64,000 bases of DNA from Antedon mediterranea (Eukaryota; Animalia; Echinodermata). The translations under genes and the position numbers were made by a program. The DNA is taken from contig NC_092671.1 of assembly GCF_964355755.1 (NCBI RefSeq), positions 22,642,070-22,706,069 of the forward strand, given 5' to 3'. Below, piece by piece: positions 38,852 to 51,362 of the stretch. The notes below the pieces were generated by a model, which had not been told where the DNA came from, did not search any database, and saw only the letters and a list, made by a program, of their open reading frames with translations. The first letter of the stretch is position 1, and each line of letters opens with the position of its first letter.

Positions 38852-41708
38852 CTATAACCTAGGCTTTAGCACTGCTGCTGCTACTGGCGCCATGGTTGCA
38901 GAAATGTCCCTTAAATAATGCGCAGTAAATGTAGACTGTGTCCGCCACCATGCCGCTGTCATAATGTCTGATACAGCAACGCCAGCATACAACGCCCAGA
39001 ATGTAGCAACACCCCGCACCTCATGCATATGTGCCGGCGGCAAAGTGCTGGATGACTCTTAAGCGGCCCGAATCGCTGCCACGACCCAGTTAGCAATCGT
39101 GGATTTTGCGGCCGGCCGATACGGGGGCACCGATGTGACGAATAAGTGAGATATACCCTCTCGCAACGTCTCTGTACGGTGGATGTAGAATTTGAGTGCT
39201 CTTACCGGGCACCAGAATTTGTCTTCTACTACCCCCGAGAATGCGGACATTGATGGAACGAACACAGCCAGCGGCGAAAAATTTAACGTCTGGGACTTGG
39301 CCAGAAAGTCCTTCCTGAATATTAACCGAACTCCGCCACGCTCGAATCTTATGGCCTGGCTCTAGCATGAGCGCATGTAGCTCGCCTCGGCGTTTACATG
39401 AGGACAACGCCACCAGAAACGCTGTCTTAAGCGAAAGATTGTATAATGAAGCCTTGCTCATTGGCTCAAATGGCGGGCGAGTGAGTGCGGATAGAACGAC
39501 GTTAACGTCCCAACGTGGAACTAAGACCTTAGACGGAGGTCGCTCTCTGAACATACCGCGTAACAACTGCGTGATTACTGCGGAAGTTGAAGCCGTCGAG
39601 CCATCCTTGAATGGCGGCGTAATGGCCGCAATCGCGGACCGGTAGCCTGACACCGTGCGCACTTGCAAGCCTGACTCGTACAGGTAATGCAGAAACGCGC
39701 AGATCTGACCCAAGGATATCGCCTTAGGGTCTATGTTATCTTGTCTGCACCAGCGAAAGAAGTGTCGTAGACGGCTGTTGTAGACAGTGAGAGTCGACTC
39801 TCTTCTAGATTTGGCCGCCAGGGCGGCTGGGCTGTCCGGAATGCCCGAGTCTCTGAGCTGATCCCTGACAATGGCCAAACAGTCAGGTTCAGGGATTGTA
39901 GATTGATCGTCGAGAACCTCGCACGATTTTGCGTCTGTAGATCCGCGCAGACCGAAAGACGCAGCGGGTGATCGTAAAGAAGACTGGCAAGAAGCGGATA
40001 CCACGCTTGTCGAGGCATTAACGGTGCGATCAACAGAACTCGGCATCGGAAGCGCTGAATGTGAGTCAGAACTATTGGTATGATCGATATTGGCGGGAAC
40101 GCGTACGCCCATAAACCGTCCCATGACATGGACAGGGCATCCACCGCCCACGCACGTGCATCCCGGAATCAACTGCAGAACGTCGAGAGCTGCGTGTTCT
40201 CTGACGTCGCAAACAGATCTATGTGCGGCTGTCCGAAGTGGTCGAATATTTGGGTGGCTATGCTCGGCAACAGACGGCATTCGGTCGGGCGTAAAGCGAG
40301 TCGGGACAGCGTGTCCGCGACTACGTTGTGGCTGCCCGGAATATGCGATGCAGTCAGCGTTATTCTGTGCGCGATGCACCAGTGTATGAGCGTCCATGTG
40401 TGGTAGCAAAGAGTCGGAGACTTCGTGCCTCCTTGTCGGTTGACGTACGCGACCACGGTTGTGTTGTCCGAGCAGACATGGACGTGTGAATTTTCTATGT
40501 TTGGAAGTAGCGCTTTCAACGTTCGGTCTACTGCCCAAAGTTCTAAGAGATTGATGTGGGCTAACGCCTCCTCGGCACTCCAAACGCCGGAGACGTGACT
40601 TTGGTTGGAGCAACAGCCCCAACCCGCTTCGGACGCGTCCGTTTCTATTCGGGTGTCCGGAATTGATCTCTGAATTGATCTGCCCACTAACAATCGGCCG
40701 TCCGTTAGCCACCATTGGAGGTGCGTTACAATGAACGCCGACATCGGGACCACTTTGTCTAATGAGTCTGAACCTGGCCGGTAGAAGGCTAACAGATGAA
40801 GTTGCAGCGCCCGCATCCGTAGCCGACAAAACGGAACTAGATCTACAAAGCTGGCTAGGAAACCTAGCGTTCTCAGCCAGTCGTATGCTGTCGGAGCGGA
40901 AGCGGTAATCAGGCCTTGTATAGCAGCAAGGGCTTTGGTTACTCGTTTCTGTGAGGGGCACACTCTGCCCGACACGAGATCTATTTGCGCTCCGAGATAA
41001 ATGGGATGCCGAGTCGGCACCAGGCACGACTTCTCCCGGTTCACAATGAACCCTACGCGTTCCGTTACGAGAAGGACGAAATTGAGACTGCTCACCAGCC
41101 GGTCCTTGGACTGAGCCACGATTAACCAGTCGTCTAGATACATGGATATGCGAATGCCGTGCTTGTGAAAGAACGCACCGAGCGCCCGAACTATGCGCAT
41201 GAACACGCGCGGGGCCGTTGATAGACCGAACGGCATCGCGACGAACTGGTAAAGACAATTGTTGATTCGAAACCGCAACCAACGTTGGTCTTCTTTTGCG
41301 ATTGGTACGTGAAAGTACGCATCTTTTAAATCTATCGATGCGGCCCAGTCTCCTCGTCTTAGCCCTAACAGGATCGATGAGACTGTCTCCATCCGAAACA
41401 TGCGGGGCCGAATAAATCGTTTGTTCAGACGTTTTAGATTTAAAAATGGTCGCCAGTCCCCCGAGGACTTCTCGGTTAAGAATACGGTTGATTCGTGGCC
41501 CGAGCCCGCATGATGTTCTTCGACCCTTACTACGGCTCCTTTTTGGAGCAGCGCGGCAATCCCGTCCATAAGCGCTCGTTGCTTTATTGGATCTTTGGGG
41601 ATTGTGGTCGGACGAGGACCTCCACACACTGGCGGGCTCGTGAATTCTATGCGGTAGCCGTAGCTTAGTGTGGAGAGAATCCAGCTGTCTACCATCAGCT
41701 TCTCCCAC
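38852..41708 (-). pseudogene. DIRS ORF3, tyrosine recombinase (frameshift ~39349, in-frame stop 39059-39061)
   Basis: KTAFLVALSSCKRRGELHAL; after the shift FLAKSQ, CPVRAL, HEVR, AAWW..STF..HYL give the R-K-HxxR-W-Y catalytic set. Confidence 0.9.
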
Positions 41709-42049
41709 TCTCGGACGAACCGTAAGAGACGACCTCCCACTGGTCCGGCCCCCGACGGCACGGACCTCGCCTGCACGTCACCGGTACCTGCGGTCACCCC
41801 GTCGCGAACCGCGGTCCCGACGTGCTCCCCTACCCGGCTTACCGCCACGCGCGGGGCGGGAATTACGGGGTCGCGACGGCCCAGGAGTCTGCCCAACCTC
41901 AGACTGATTATGGACCGACGGCGGCGGTTGTGAGACAGTACGCGATGGCACCACCGGCAGTGGGGCTGGAGGCTTTGGACGCGAGTGCGAACGGCTCGCC
42001 TGGCGTTTCGGAAAACGCGATCTTGTCTCGCGACGTGCCTCTCGCTCAC
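39731..42049 (-). pseudogene. DIRS ORF2, reverse transcriptase + RNase H + methyltransferase-like domain (in-frame TGA at 40169-40171)
   Basis: DLKDAYFH, MPFGLSTAP, YLDD, ETDAS..GWG, HINLLEL, SDNTT, N.VAD.LSR, IDLFA, then FCS*FRDARAWAVDAL...YAFPP in the same frame. Confidence 0.92.
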
Positions 42050-43325
42050 GAGCCCACTTATCTTCCTTCTCGGCGAAATTACCGTAGAAGAGATCCACAG
42101 CAGCGAACGACTCGCTAGTTGTGAAGCGGCGGTAGTGCGCGGGCGCGATGTCCGTGGCCTGGAGGCAATTGACCCTCCGCGCGGCGGCCGAGGTCATTGC
42201 AATAGTCGCTTGTTGGTCCGCGACCAGGCCCGTAATCTGCTGAAGCAAGCAGATCACGTCCGCGTCAAGGTGCTATGGATGGTCCGGATCCGCGAGGAAT
42301 GACAAAAGGTAGCCCGACATCGAGACCGTTCGTAACGTCTCGCGTGCGCCACGGTCGACCGCGATTAGCGCCTCCTCAGTTTTAGCGGCTGAAGGAGACA
42401 GAAATCTGCCATTGGCGTCGAGACCTTGATCCTCGCGCGCACGTTCTTTCGCTGCATCCGGGATCGGTGGTGCCGATATATAGCGTAGAAACTGGTCCTG
42501 TGGAAGCGGGAAGGCTGCTGCTAGATCTTGAGGTGCAGCTCTACGGGTCTTAGGCTCCTTCGCTATAGCCTCAACCCTAGCGACCAGTTCGGGATCCAGC
42601 GGCGCAACTGGACAGGTTGTGACCCGCTTCAATGGAGCACGCACTCCAAAGGTAGAGTACTTCTTCGAAGCCGGCGCGGGCGTCGGCGCGTCAAAAGCGT
42701 ACTCCACTCCAATGTACGAAAGTACAGCAGGAACCACACGATTGACAAGAGCCTGCAAACCGTCTCCACCCTGTGCAACCTCGGAGCGCTCCTCACTAGG
42801 CAGCGAGGTCATGGTCCTGTCACTGTCGTACTTACCGGCATCCGGCGATGGGTGCGTCCCTTGACCTTGAAAGTACTGCAGAGGCAGTACCGGCACAGGG
42901 GGGTAATTAAGCGAGGATGCCGAAGGCACAGCCTCCCTCGGTAGAGCTCGCACCGCTGCTGCGATGGCCTCCAGTACAGCTGGGGACAAACCCTCGTCCT
43001 GCGTACCACTCTGCGGTGGAGGCGCAGCGGCCGTTGCAGGCGCGTCCGGCAAAACTTCCGGCACTTCGATCTCTTCTACTAGCGGGGCCGGGGGCTCCAC
43101 CTGAACCTCCGCGGGTGCGGGGTCTACCACCCGCGCACGCCCCGACGGACGAGGCAACGTCCGGAACCGCGAAGCCGTCCAATGTACACAAATGTCGCAC
43201 GGCGACTCCTGGCTACAGGTGCGGCAGTGAATGCACAGCAAGTGGCGGTCCCACTTGACCGTCGCACGCTGGCCCCTGCATTGCACACATTCAGACTTAG
43301 GCATATCGGCGGACACAGCACGCAA
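41778..43325 (-). pseudogene. DIRS ORF1, gag-like (in-frame TAG at 42273-42275)
   Basis: N-terminal CxxC..H..CxxC..C...CxxC cluster and Pro/Ala-rich region; ORF 41778-42257 continues in the same frame after the stop. Confidence 0.8.
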
Positions 43326-46300
43326 CCTAGCAAGATAAGGAACAATACAACCTTTGTTGTTGCCTCACGCAACAGTGCGTCCACGCCTCAGTCCAGGTGA
43401 CAAAGCAAAATTCCTTTCCTTTGTGTTTAGTAGCGTGGCCGTTGAACGGCCTAAAATCCAATGAAAACTGGTATTTTCCTTGTTTTAATCTTTCTTATTT
43501 CTACCCGAAATAAGGAAGACCCCGATTTGAAACGGATCCAAAGCAAAAAACGATATACAGTATCAAACTATCAAAAGCTGTACCGCAACCGGCGTCTTTA
43601 TAAGGTGTTCGTAAGTAGGCTAGTATAGCATGTACAACGTACACAAGGCTAACACTCAGCGTATCTTTTCTCACACGTCGTAACGTTCTCACGTTACGAA
43701 AGAAAATGATGATGGTGGTACGTTGGTACGTTCCCCACATGAGGGCGTGGTTGCGGACGGGTCCATTATAATACAGGGGTGTTCCAGGAACTTTTCACTT
43801 TCGTATCTAAGCCCTCCCTCTGGAGAGCACGGGCTATTGTCGGTTTATACAGGTAAGCTAGGCACGATATAGACTTACCAACTTTCAAACAATTTGGACT
43901 TAAAATCACGTCATACGAGCACGTTGAATTGAAAAATTTGCGCTCGTTTTTTATGAAAAAGTTCAAAAATTCGTGAAAATTATGCCTTTCTTTAAAAAGT
44001 CATAGATTCTAAACTCTGTGGTGAACATTTTTAAAATTTCAGATTCTGGAAGTAGATGAGTTGTAGATATTAAATCATGCATCGATATGGCTAACTGGCC
44101 ATTGTGACGTCATCGTATGACCACTCGAATATAAAATATAGGATTTTTGTCTCTTTCGCATAGCTCATCACATTTAATAGAGCGCATCTCCACTTATCCG
44201 TATTCCATTTCCCCCCCCCCATTTTGTTATATTGTCTAGGCCAATCAATTATCTTTCGAATGATTCACCATTTTAAAAATTGTGATGACGTCATCATGTC
44301 CAAAAGCGTCAATAACTTGGGTCCCTTATTTTCACCTATTCTGCACTGTATGTAGTACGTATACAGAATATAGTGTATACCGTATATACTTTGACGTGAC
44401 GCAAAATAGAGAGCGCACTAACATTTTTTCAATGGCATAATCGTTTTTCTGCGCGCAATATTCTAACGTATGACGTGCAGGTGGCGTTTGCGCTGCGGAT
44501 AACCTAACTCGTCCGTAGTGACGAGTTCAAATCTAGTTCTATTTTATATCACTGTGCTCCACTGGTGCTAAATTTGGTCCACTGAACCAGTTACCATAGT
44601 ACTATTTCTATTTCGGATGTAAATAAAGGCATAAATGGCGCTCCATAGAATTAGAGAATGCTCAATCGTCGAAATGACGCTCTGAATATACCTCCTTATA
44701 CACCGAAATATACGGTATTTGCATTAGCAATATCCTATCATATACTATAAATAATTAAAGACTCTGAAAAAATCAATCAGTCAATATATCTTTTAAAAAT
44801 CAATTATCTTTATTTAAATCAATGCATATACCTATAATTCGTCATAGTGACGAATTAAATTTAGTTCATTTTTCTTTTTATGTACTAATGTAATTTGTAA
44901 CTAGCAATTTGGCCTCTGGCCGGGAGATGTTATATTTAGATATGTGATGTGATGTGATGAGATGTTTTTAATTAAATTGAATTGAATAAAATAGATATGT
45001 CTTTATTATTATTATATAACAATGGTGACTTATGACATTATACGCAGCTCGACGTGCAGTGATACCGGTTATTGTATTTGCTATTTACCGGGAGTCGTCA
45101 TCGCAATATAGCTCATCATCGCATGCTTTGTTTACAACCCTTTGGAAAAAACGACGAACACGTTAGTACATGTTTAGAGTACTAACAATCATAAACTATC
45201 GTATTCGAGTCTGTTTTGATCGTTTATCCTGATTAAAAAACGATCACAGACTTTACACCCTCTAACCACCGCGGTAATTGGTTTAACGAACGAACGAGTG
45301 GCATTAATCCAATTAATTTCCACGCGATATACATAAACAATAGAGTATCAGAAAAAAGGAGGAGCTAAACTGAAAGGCGATCTCTGGTGGTGGTGCTTGT
45401 GGTGTGTGTGCGCGTTACGTTTTGTGTGATCGTGTTCGAAATTAAACTGCAGTTTTTTCTTAAAATCGTTGGGGAAAATTTTGGCCTCGCAGGCCGGCTA
45501 TCCCTGCTAAGGAACAGAGGATACAGTGATGCTGTCGGTGAGATGCGAGTGTAGATGTTCTTCTGGAGAAGTGGCTGTGAGGTGTGTGTTCTGTGAAATG
45601 GCTGTGAGGTGTGTTCTTCTGAACCTTGGGGGTATATTGGCTTCGGTTCATTAGCAAATGTCATTACGTTGTCTCAGAGGTTACTGATTGGTCCTAAGTT
45701 GATCCAGGGGTGTTTAAGTGGGAGTGATTGATCTTATCTGGGGAGGTTACAATGATGAATTGGCCCTGTCGAATCTATGCTTAAAACTGTCAATATCTAA
45801 TTGTTTTACGATGGGAACGGTTAGAGAGGTCAAATAGACTGTTTACTTTTATGATTTAATTATGAACTAAATGGTTAATTTCTCCACTGGTCTTTCTGGG
45901 CCAAGTTCGTAAACTTAGTTGAATTCTAATACAAAGGTTGATTTCTTAATTATAAATGTATATCATTACATTACATTTTATAATAATTTATGAATAAAGG
46001 ATGAATAAATGAGGAAATAATTTATGTAGGAAATGTTCTCACTCCTCCAAATCAATCATTATGGTATTAATGTCAAGTTCTCCTTTATGCTCTAATTATT
46101 TCAAAAAGAATATCCATCGGTGCGAGAAATCTGTTTGTGGAAATAATATTCCATTCTTCTATGAATTTTTTAGGCTGTCAATTTACAGTTTTCTTGACAG
46201 AATAACAAAAAGAAAATTGTTACTTTTTACTAGAAATTCTGTAGTTTAAAAAGAAATCTTAAATCTTGAAGAAAAAAATTATCTTTGAAATAATTCTGTC

Positions 46301-46361
46301 TACAGAGATTTTTTTTCTTAGAAGAAATTGCTGTTAATACTTATATGATCATATTACTTAC

Positions 46362-46561
46362 TTGTTGAAGCAAATGTGGGTGAAATAGCAATACATCCTA
46401 AGGTAAAGTCATGACAATTTGGATCATAGAACAGACATGTTGAATTCTTACTACATGTATTCCAAATACGTAGATCTCCATTAGCTGAGCCTGACACAAC
46501 AAAGTCAGAGTCTGGTGTAAAAGAACAAGCAGTAACAACATTTACATGGCCATCCAATGAT
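46362..46561 (-). CDS. WDSUB1: Exon of WD40 gene (WDSUB1-like), first exon seen
   Basis: gttttag acceptor and gtaagt donor; 200 bp encoding SLDGHVNVVTACSFTPDSDFVVSGSANGDLRIWN...CHDFTLGCIAISPTFAST, which resembles the ACAFSP..FVTGSS.GDL.VW..HDLG segment I recall from WDSUB1. Confidence 0.82.
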
Positions 46562-46970
46562 CTAAAACATAAATGTAGAAAGACAAATTAATAACATTTG
46601 CCGGTCTCCTCTTCTGACAGCATTATCGTTGATATCGTGAATAATAAAGGAATTAATAAAATAATCAAAAAGATGAACTACAACTCATAAGCCACTACAA
46701 CTCATAAGCCAGTGTTATTTTTTCAATCATGAGGCATCAACACAAAAAGTAGACCCTAGTCGAAATTAGATGATGCGCTCGGACACAAACATTTTAGTTG
46801 TATTTTTTGCTGATATTTAGTGGAAATTTGTGTGTGTGTGTTTTTGTTAATTTACATTTTTTTGTATTTCATGGTTTTTTATATTTTGCAATTGTTTGTG
46901 TGTGAGGTTTCGTATCTTTTTTGATAGTTTTGTAATTACGTTGTGGTCTAGTCTAAAAATATACAATATA

Positions 46971-47260
46971 TTAACAAAAATGGGCGAGTCCCTGAGAGGT
47001 CCGCCCGATCGGCCATCTCACTTCTAACAAATCATTGCATATGTGTGGTAGCCACTTTCCTCCTTGATCTCTGTTCATGTTATTTTCAGTTTTTCTAATT
47101 ATAATTGCTTTTTGCCATCCTCTTTTGTTGATGTTTCCCTCTTTCTTTAACACTTTTGCCTTCTAATTAGGTGTATGGTTTTCCTTTGTAGCATGGTCTT
47201 GCAGATTTATGTGTGATGTTTGATTGTAACATTCTGCTTGACCTTGATTATCCCTTTCAT
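46971..47260 (-). mobile_element. Penelope-like element fragment (C-terminus of GIY-YIG endonuclease)
   Basis: HATKENH...KVLKKE..KRGWQKAIIIRK...MNRDQGG.WLPHI..DLL matches the Penelope EN C-terminal pattern. Confidence 0.7.
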
Positions 47261-48377
47261 GTGATGTTAACTACCAGTTTCTCCTATGTATATTAGATTA
47301 CAATTCATACAGGGTACACCATATACTAACTCCACTACAGTACTGGTCAGAGGACTTTCTACATTCCCGCTCGTGTTTTTCTGCTGTTTTTCTAGAGTGT
47401 TTGTGGAGCGTTTCTGGAGTGTTTATCGAGGGATCGAGCGATCGAGCGCTGACCTCGACCAGCGAACCATGAACGTTTTACCACAACAATAGAAATCAAT
47501 CATACGTACATAATATATGAGCCCTTTTTATCTTTAGATTACCGACTTTGTTTATCTTCAACAAATAATACAAAGTATACAGTAAAATATACGTTTAAAA
47601 TTCACATGAACAGCTTTAAAATCATGGTAAAATTCATATCTTCAAATTCCGAGTCAACAACACCGAGATGATAGCTAGACTATCGCTCGCTCACTTCTCT
47701 CGCATAGACGCGCATCTACGATCTTTGTTATGTTGGTGGTCATCAACCCTAGATTTACGAAACTTTGGGCGATGTGACGTCACGCAGCAAGCACATGGTT
47801 TTCTCATCAGCTCTCGCACTGCGAATATGACAAAATTGTTTCTGTTGATACAAAAACGATCGTTTTGATGCAGTTTATTTATTTTGTTTATTTATACTGT
47901 TCATTAGATATACATAATAATTATATCGGTGACGATTACATACAGTACATAGGCTATGCTACGGTAATTAATTGAAAATAAATGTAATTTCTTAACGTAT
48001 GATTTTATTTTTCTTTCTGCACAACGTTGTTGCGGCACCACGGCTGCAGACCATGTGTTTACTGACTGAACTATGAGATCAATCACATGGTTCAATTAAC
48101 AGTGGAAGAGTACAGTGTAGTAAATGGGGTAATGTTTGAATATGCGAAAAATCAATTTCTAATCAACTTTCTACGCGTTTCATGTCATTTTGAGCATATC
48201 AAAAATTCGCACACACGCATATTTTTTTACGCTCACATGCGCACGTAGCGTTAAAAACATACTTTTTCGCATGATTTATGTTTTTCAAGCCTTCTAGTAT
48301 TTAACCAACTTTTAAACAATTTCGACTTAAAATTACGTCATACAAGCACGTGGAATTAGATAATTTGCTCGCATTTT

Positions 48378-49540
48378 TCAATTCAATTCAATTTCTTTAT
48401 TGCTGCAAATGCCATCAAGGGCTAATATCCGCTTAAACATACTACATCCTACAAACAAATACATATTTACATTAAAAATTTAAACACAAACAAATTATAG
48501 TCATTACTACTGTAGTAGTTATTATTTTTTTAATTATTGTAATTATTGTTATTATGATTATTGTTATTGTTATTATAATAATTAAAATAAGTGAAATAAA
48601 TTATAGGTTACATCTTAAGGGCAGTTTTAATGTCAAGCACAGAAGAGGAAGACACGTTAAGATGACAAGATTGAGCGAGTGAGAGTGAGTGAGGTAGAGT
48701 AGAGTGAAGAAAATGAGTAGTTTGTCCTTTAAAGGGAGGATGAGAAGAGTGTCGATTATGGCGAAGGACCATAGACATAGTACAAACAGGGGGGAAGTGA
48801 AGATGTAAAGTGGGGGAACAAAGTAGGTATATTCTACGGAAGTCAAAATTTAAAATTTTACATTTATTAGGAGCGAAGGTTAAACCATTGTTGAGGGACC
48901 AGGATTGTAAATAAGATGCTAAAATGGGCAATTGATCAAAAGAAGGGTCTTTAAAAGAACTTAATATAATGAGATCATCAGCATACAGAGAGAAATGACA
49001 AGAAAAGCTGCTAACAATGTCATTAATAAAACATAAAAATAGGGTAGGGCCAAGCTTACTACCTTAAATAACACCACTATTGATCGGCAATTTACTTGTT
49101 TGTTTTATTTGTTTGTTTGTTTTATCTTTATACTGGGGTTAATTCGAAAATAATGACCTAACTTAAATAAAAGCAAATCATGTGGAACAGAGTCAAAGGC
49201 ACAGCGAAGGTCAAGGGAAAAAAAGCGAGAACATAGCTTTTCGTCACTAAATTTAAACAAAAGATGAAGAATGACGTTAAGAGAATCAGATGTAGAGCGT
49301 TTAGAACGAAAACCAAACTGAAAGTTTAAGGTTTAAGTGATCACATAAGATACTTTCAAGGAGCTTACAAAAAAGAAGTAACAGACACAGACCGATAATT
49401 AAAAAAATTTGATTTATCAAGGGATTTGTGAACAGGGTGAACTATAGCCTCTTTCCACTCAGGGAGTAAACAGGAAGATTTAAGAAAATAGTAAAGAATT
49501 TTGCAAGAAAAGTGACTTACTTACTTAAAGAATCTGGGCC
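48378..49540 (-). mobile_element. Degraded LINE (CR1/L2/Jockey-like) RT fragment with (TTGAA)n tail
   Basis: Minus-strand remnants QFGFR, LDL..AFDSVPH, GSKLGP.LF..FIND, YADDL, W...NGL.F...KC; AATAAA plus GAATT repeats at 48378-48403. Confidence 0.8.
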
Positions 49541-49966
49541 AAGTTCAAAAATTTTTGAAAATTATGCCTTTTTTGAACATTCATAGATTCTAAACTACAT
49601 GGCGAACTTTTTTTAAATTGCGTATTCTGGAAGTTGATGAGTTGTAGATATCGAATCATGCATCAATATGACTAACCGTACATTGTGACGTCATCGTATG
49701 GCTACTCGAATATAAAATAGAGGATTTTTGTCTCTTTCGTCATAGCTCATCACTTTTAATAGAGCGCATCTCCACTTATCCGTATTCCATTTTCCTACAT
49801 TTTTTTATATTGTCTAGGTCAATCAATTATCTTTCGCATGAATTTCTAAAATTGTGATGATGATGATGTCTTTGGGTATTTATTTTTACCTATTCTGTAT
49901 GTAGTACGTATACAGTATATAGTGTATAACTGTATATACTTAGACGTGACACAAAATAGAGAGCAC

Positions 49967-50885
49967 AATAAAATGGATACACCATACAGCGAAAGGACAG
50001 AAATAGACATGGTGGAGGAGTATGCTTACCGTATTGCTCCTAATAAACGCCCCCGGGGCGTTGCATTTTTTAAAAAGGGGGGCGTTTGTTATGGGTGAAA
50101 TGTAAAAATCATAATAGGCCTAGAAGGGCCTAGGCCTAGAGCCTATATAAGTGGCCTAGGCCTACACTTTTGTTTTCCTTTAGGTACCCTTTCGAGTTTT
50201 TCTTTATTTTGAGTCCACTCTCTAACCCATTTTCGATCAACATTGGCCGCATGTTTTCCTCTCTTCCGCTAACTTCACTACCTTCAGTTTAAACCGACTG
50301 AATAAGATTGTCTTCGTTTAGCTTGTTGTAGCTCCATTTTAAATGTAATTCATTGACATCCGCCCTCAACTTGATGAAAAGTTGAAAACAACTTGAGAGG
50401 TCTTCATGAACCAGACGCCTTGTATCAATTTTGTGTTGTGTGAATAAAAATGCGATTGTCTGATCCCCGTTGTTTTCCTGGGTTTTAAAGAATAGCAATG
50501 TATGTTGTCACGAATTTAAAAAAACAGTGTCCTACACGCGTGAATTAGGTGTAGGCCTACATGTTTGTAGCGTACATCGTTATAACAGTCGCTGAAAAAT
50601 GTGGGCTGAAAACCAATTCTAAATGTGAGAATCCTCTGTTTATATAGATTGGGCACTAAGGTGTGTTAATTAGAAAATGAACAAAAAATGAAGGGGGGGG
50701 GGGCGTTTATTATTAGGAACAATAAGGTATAATGTGAAAGAGGACTTTGCATTTAATTGTAGAAACGATGTATCTGATGATACCGAAGCTGTGCTGGTTG
50801 ATATTCTCCTTCCAAAAACTAAACCTATCACTATCGGAAGTATTTACAGACCTCCTAAGGATGGTAAATTCTTGGAAAAATTTAA
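49967..50885 (+). mobile_element. CR1/L2-like LINE endonuclease fragment split by a MITE
   Basis: NGYTIQRKDRNRHGGGVCL | ...EAVLVDILLPKTKPITIGSIYRPP; RxDR..GGGV and YRPP are APE motifs. Confidence 0.8.
50029..50727. mobile_element. Tc1/mariner-type MITE
   Basis: TA|CCGTATTGCTCCTAATAAACGCCCC ... GGGGCGTTTATT(ATT)AGGAACAATAAGG|TA. Confidence 0.8.
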
Positions 50886-51362
50886 TTAATTAATTTTTTG
50901 AAACACGCAAATGGCCTAATTCATGCTCTAAATTGATCAAAACTTAATTTTGAGCTTTTTAAATTTTTAACGCGCGATTTCACGCGCATGACCCTACGTG
51001 TGCGCGCGTTTTTATTTGTTAATATTTTTACCCTTGACCTAAAGTTTACGTGTAGTGAATTTCATTAATATGTGATAATGAATTATGGAGATATGATTGA
51101 TAATGTGATTTTACAAAATGGCATATAAATGACGTCACGGATGAGTGATCACGCTGAAAAGCTTATTAGGATTAAGTTATATTATTTGAAAGATATTATG
51201 AAATTTTGGTAATCATTGACATTAAACTTTTTGAGATAATTGTTACACAAAATAGTGTACAGAAACAATAACATTAAAGATTTGATACAATAACAATAGG
51301 TGATCATTTAAATTTTTATTGCAATTTTTAACATGTCGACGATTTTAAAATGAAACGTGAAG

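Larger units (their letters stand above)
38450..43875 (-). mobile_element. DIRS1-like tyrosine recombinase retrotransposon, structurally complete
   Basis: Inverted terminal repeats (~38475-38645 vs 43702-43875), 3' extension 38450-38474, internal complementary region 38678-38776, gag-like, RT/RNaseH/MT and YR ORFs, no TSD. Confidence 0.95.
36344..44536 (+). mobile_element. Helentron-like element (G-type ends) containing a nested A-type copy and the DIRS element
   Basis: Begins TT-GGTTATCCGCACTTGGCGGATAACC and ends GCGGATAACC-T-AACTCGTCCGTAGTGACGAGTT-CAAATCTAG|T; inserted without TSD in a T-run of the 80-bp repeat. Confidence 0.75.

Noticed and set aside
39367-43400. Many plus-strand ORFs within the DIRS
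   Set aside because: Antisense shadows of GC-rich coding sequence with no recognisable motifs.
44693-44718. Third copy of the CCGTATATTTCGG MITE
   Set aside because: Only one TIR end is present; no partner or body was found.
46590-46625. Degenerate hammerhead-like CAGAAGAG..CAAATGTTA downstream of the Penelope fragment (minus strand)
   Set aside because: Both core motifs are mismatched and the stems cannot be completed.
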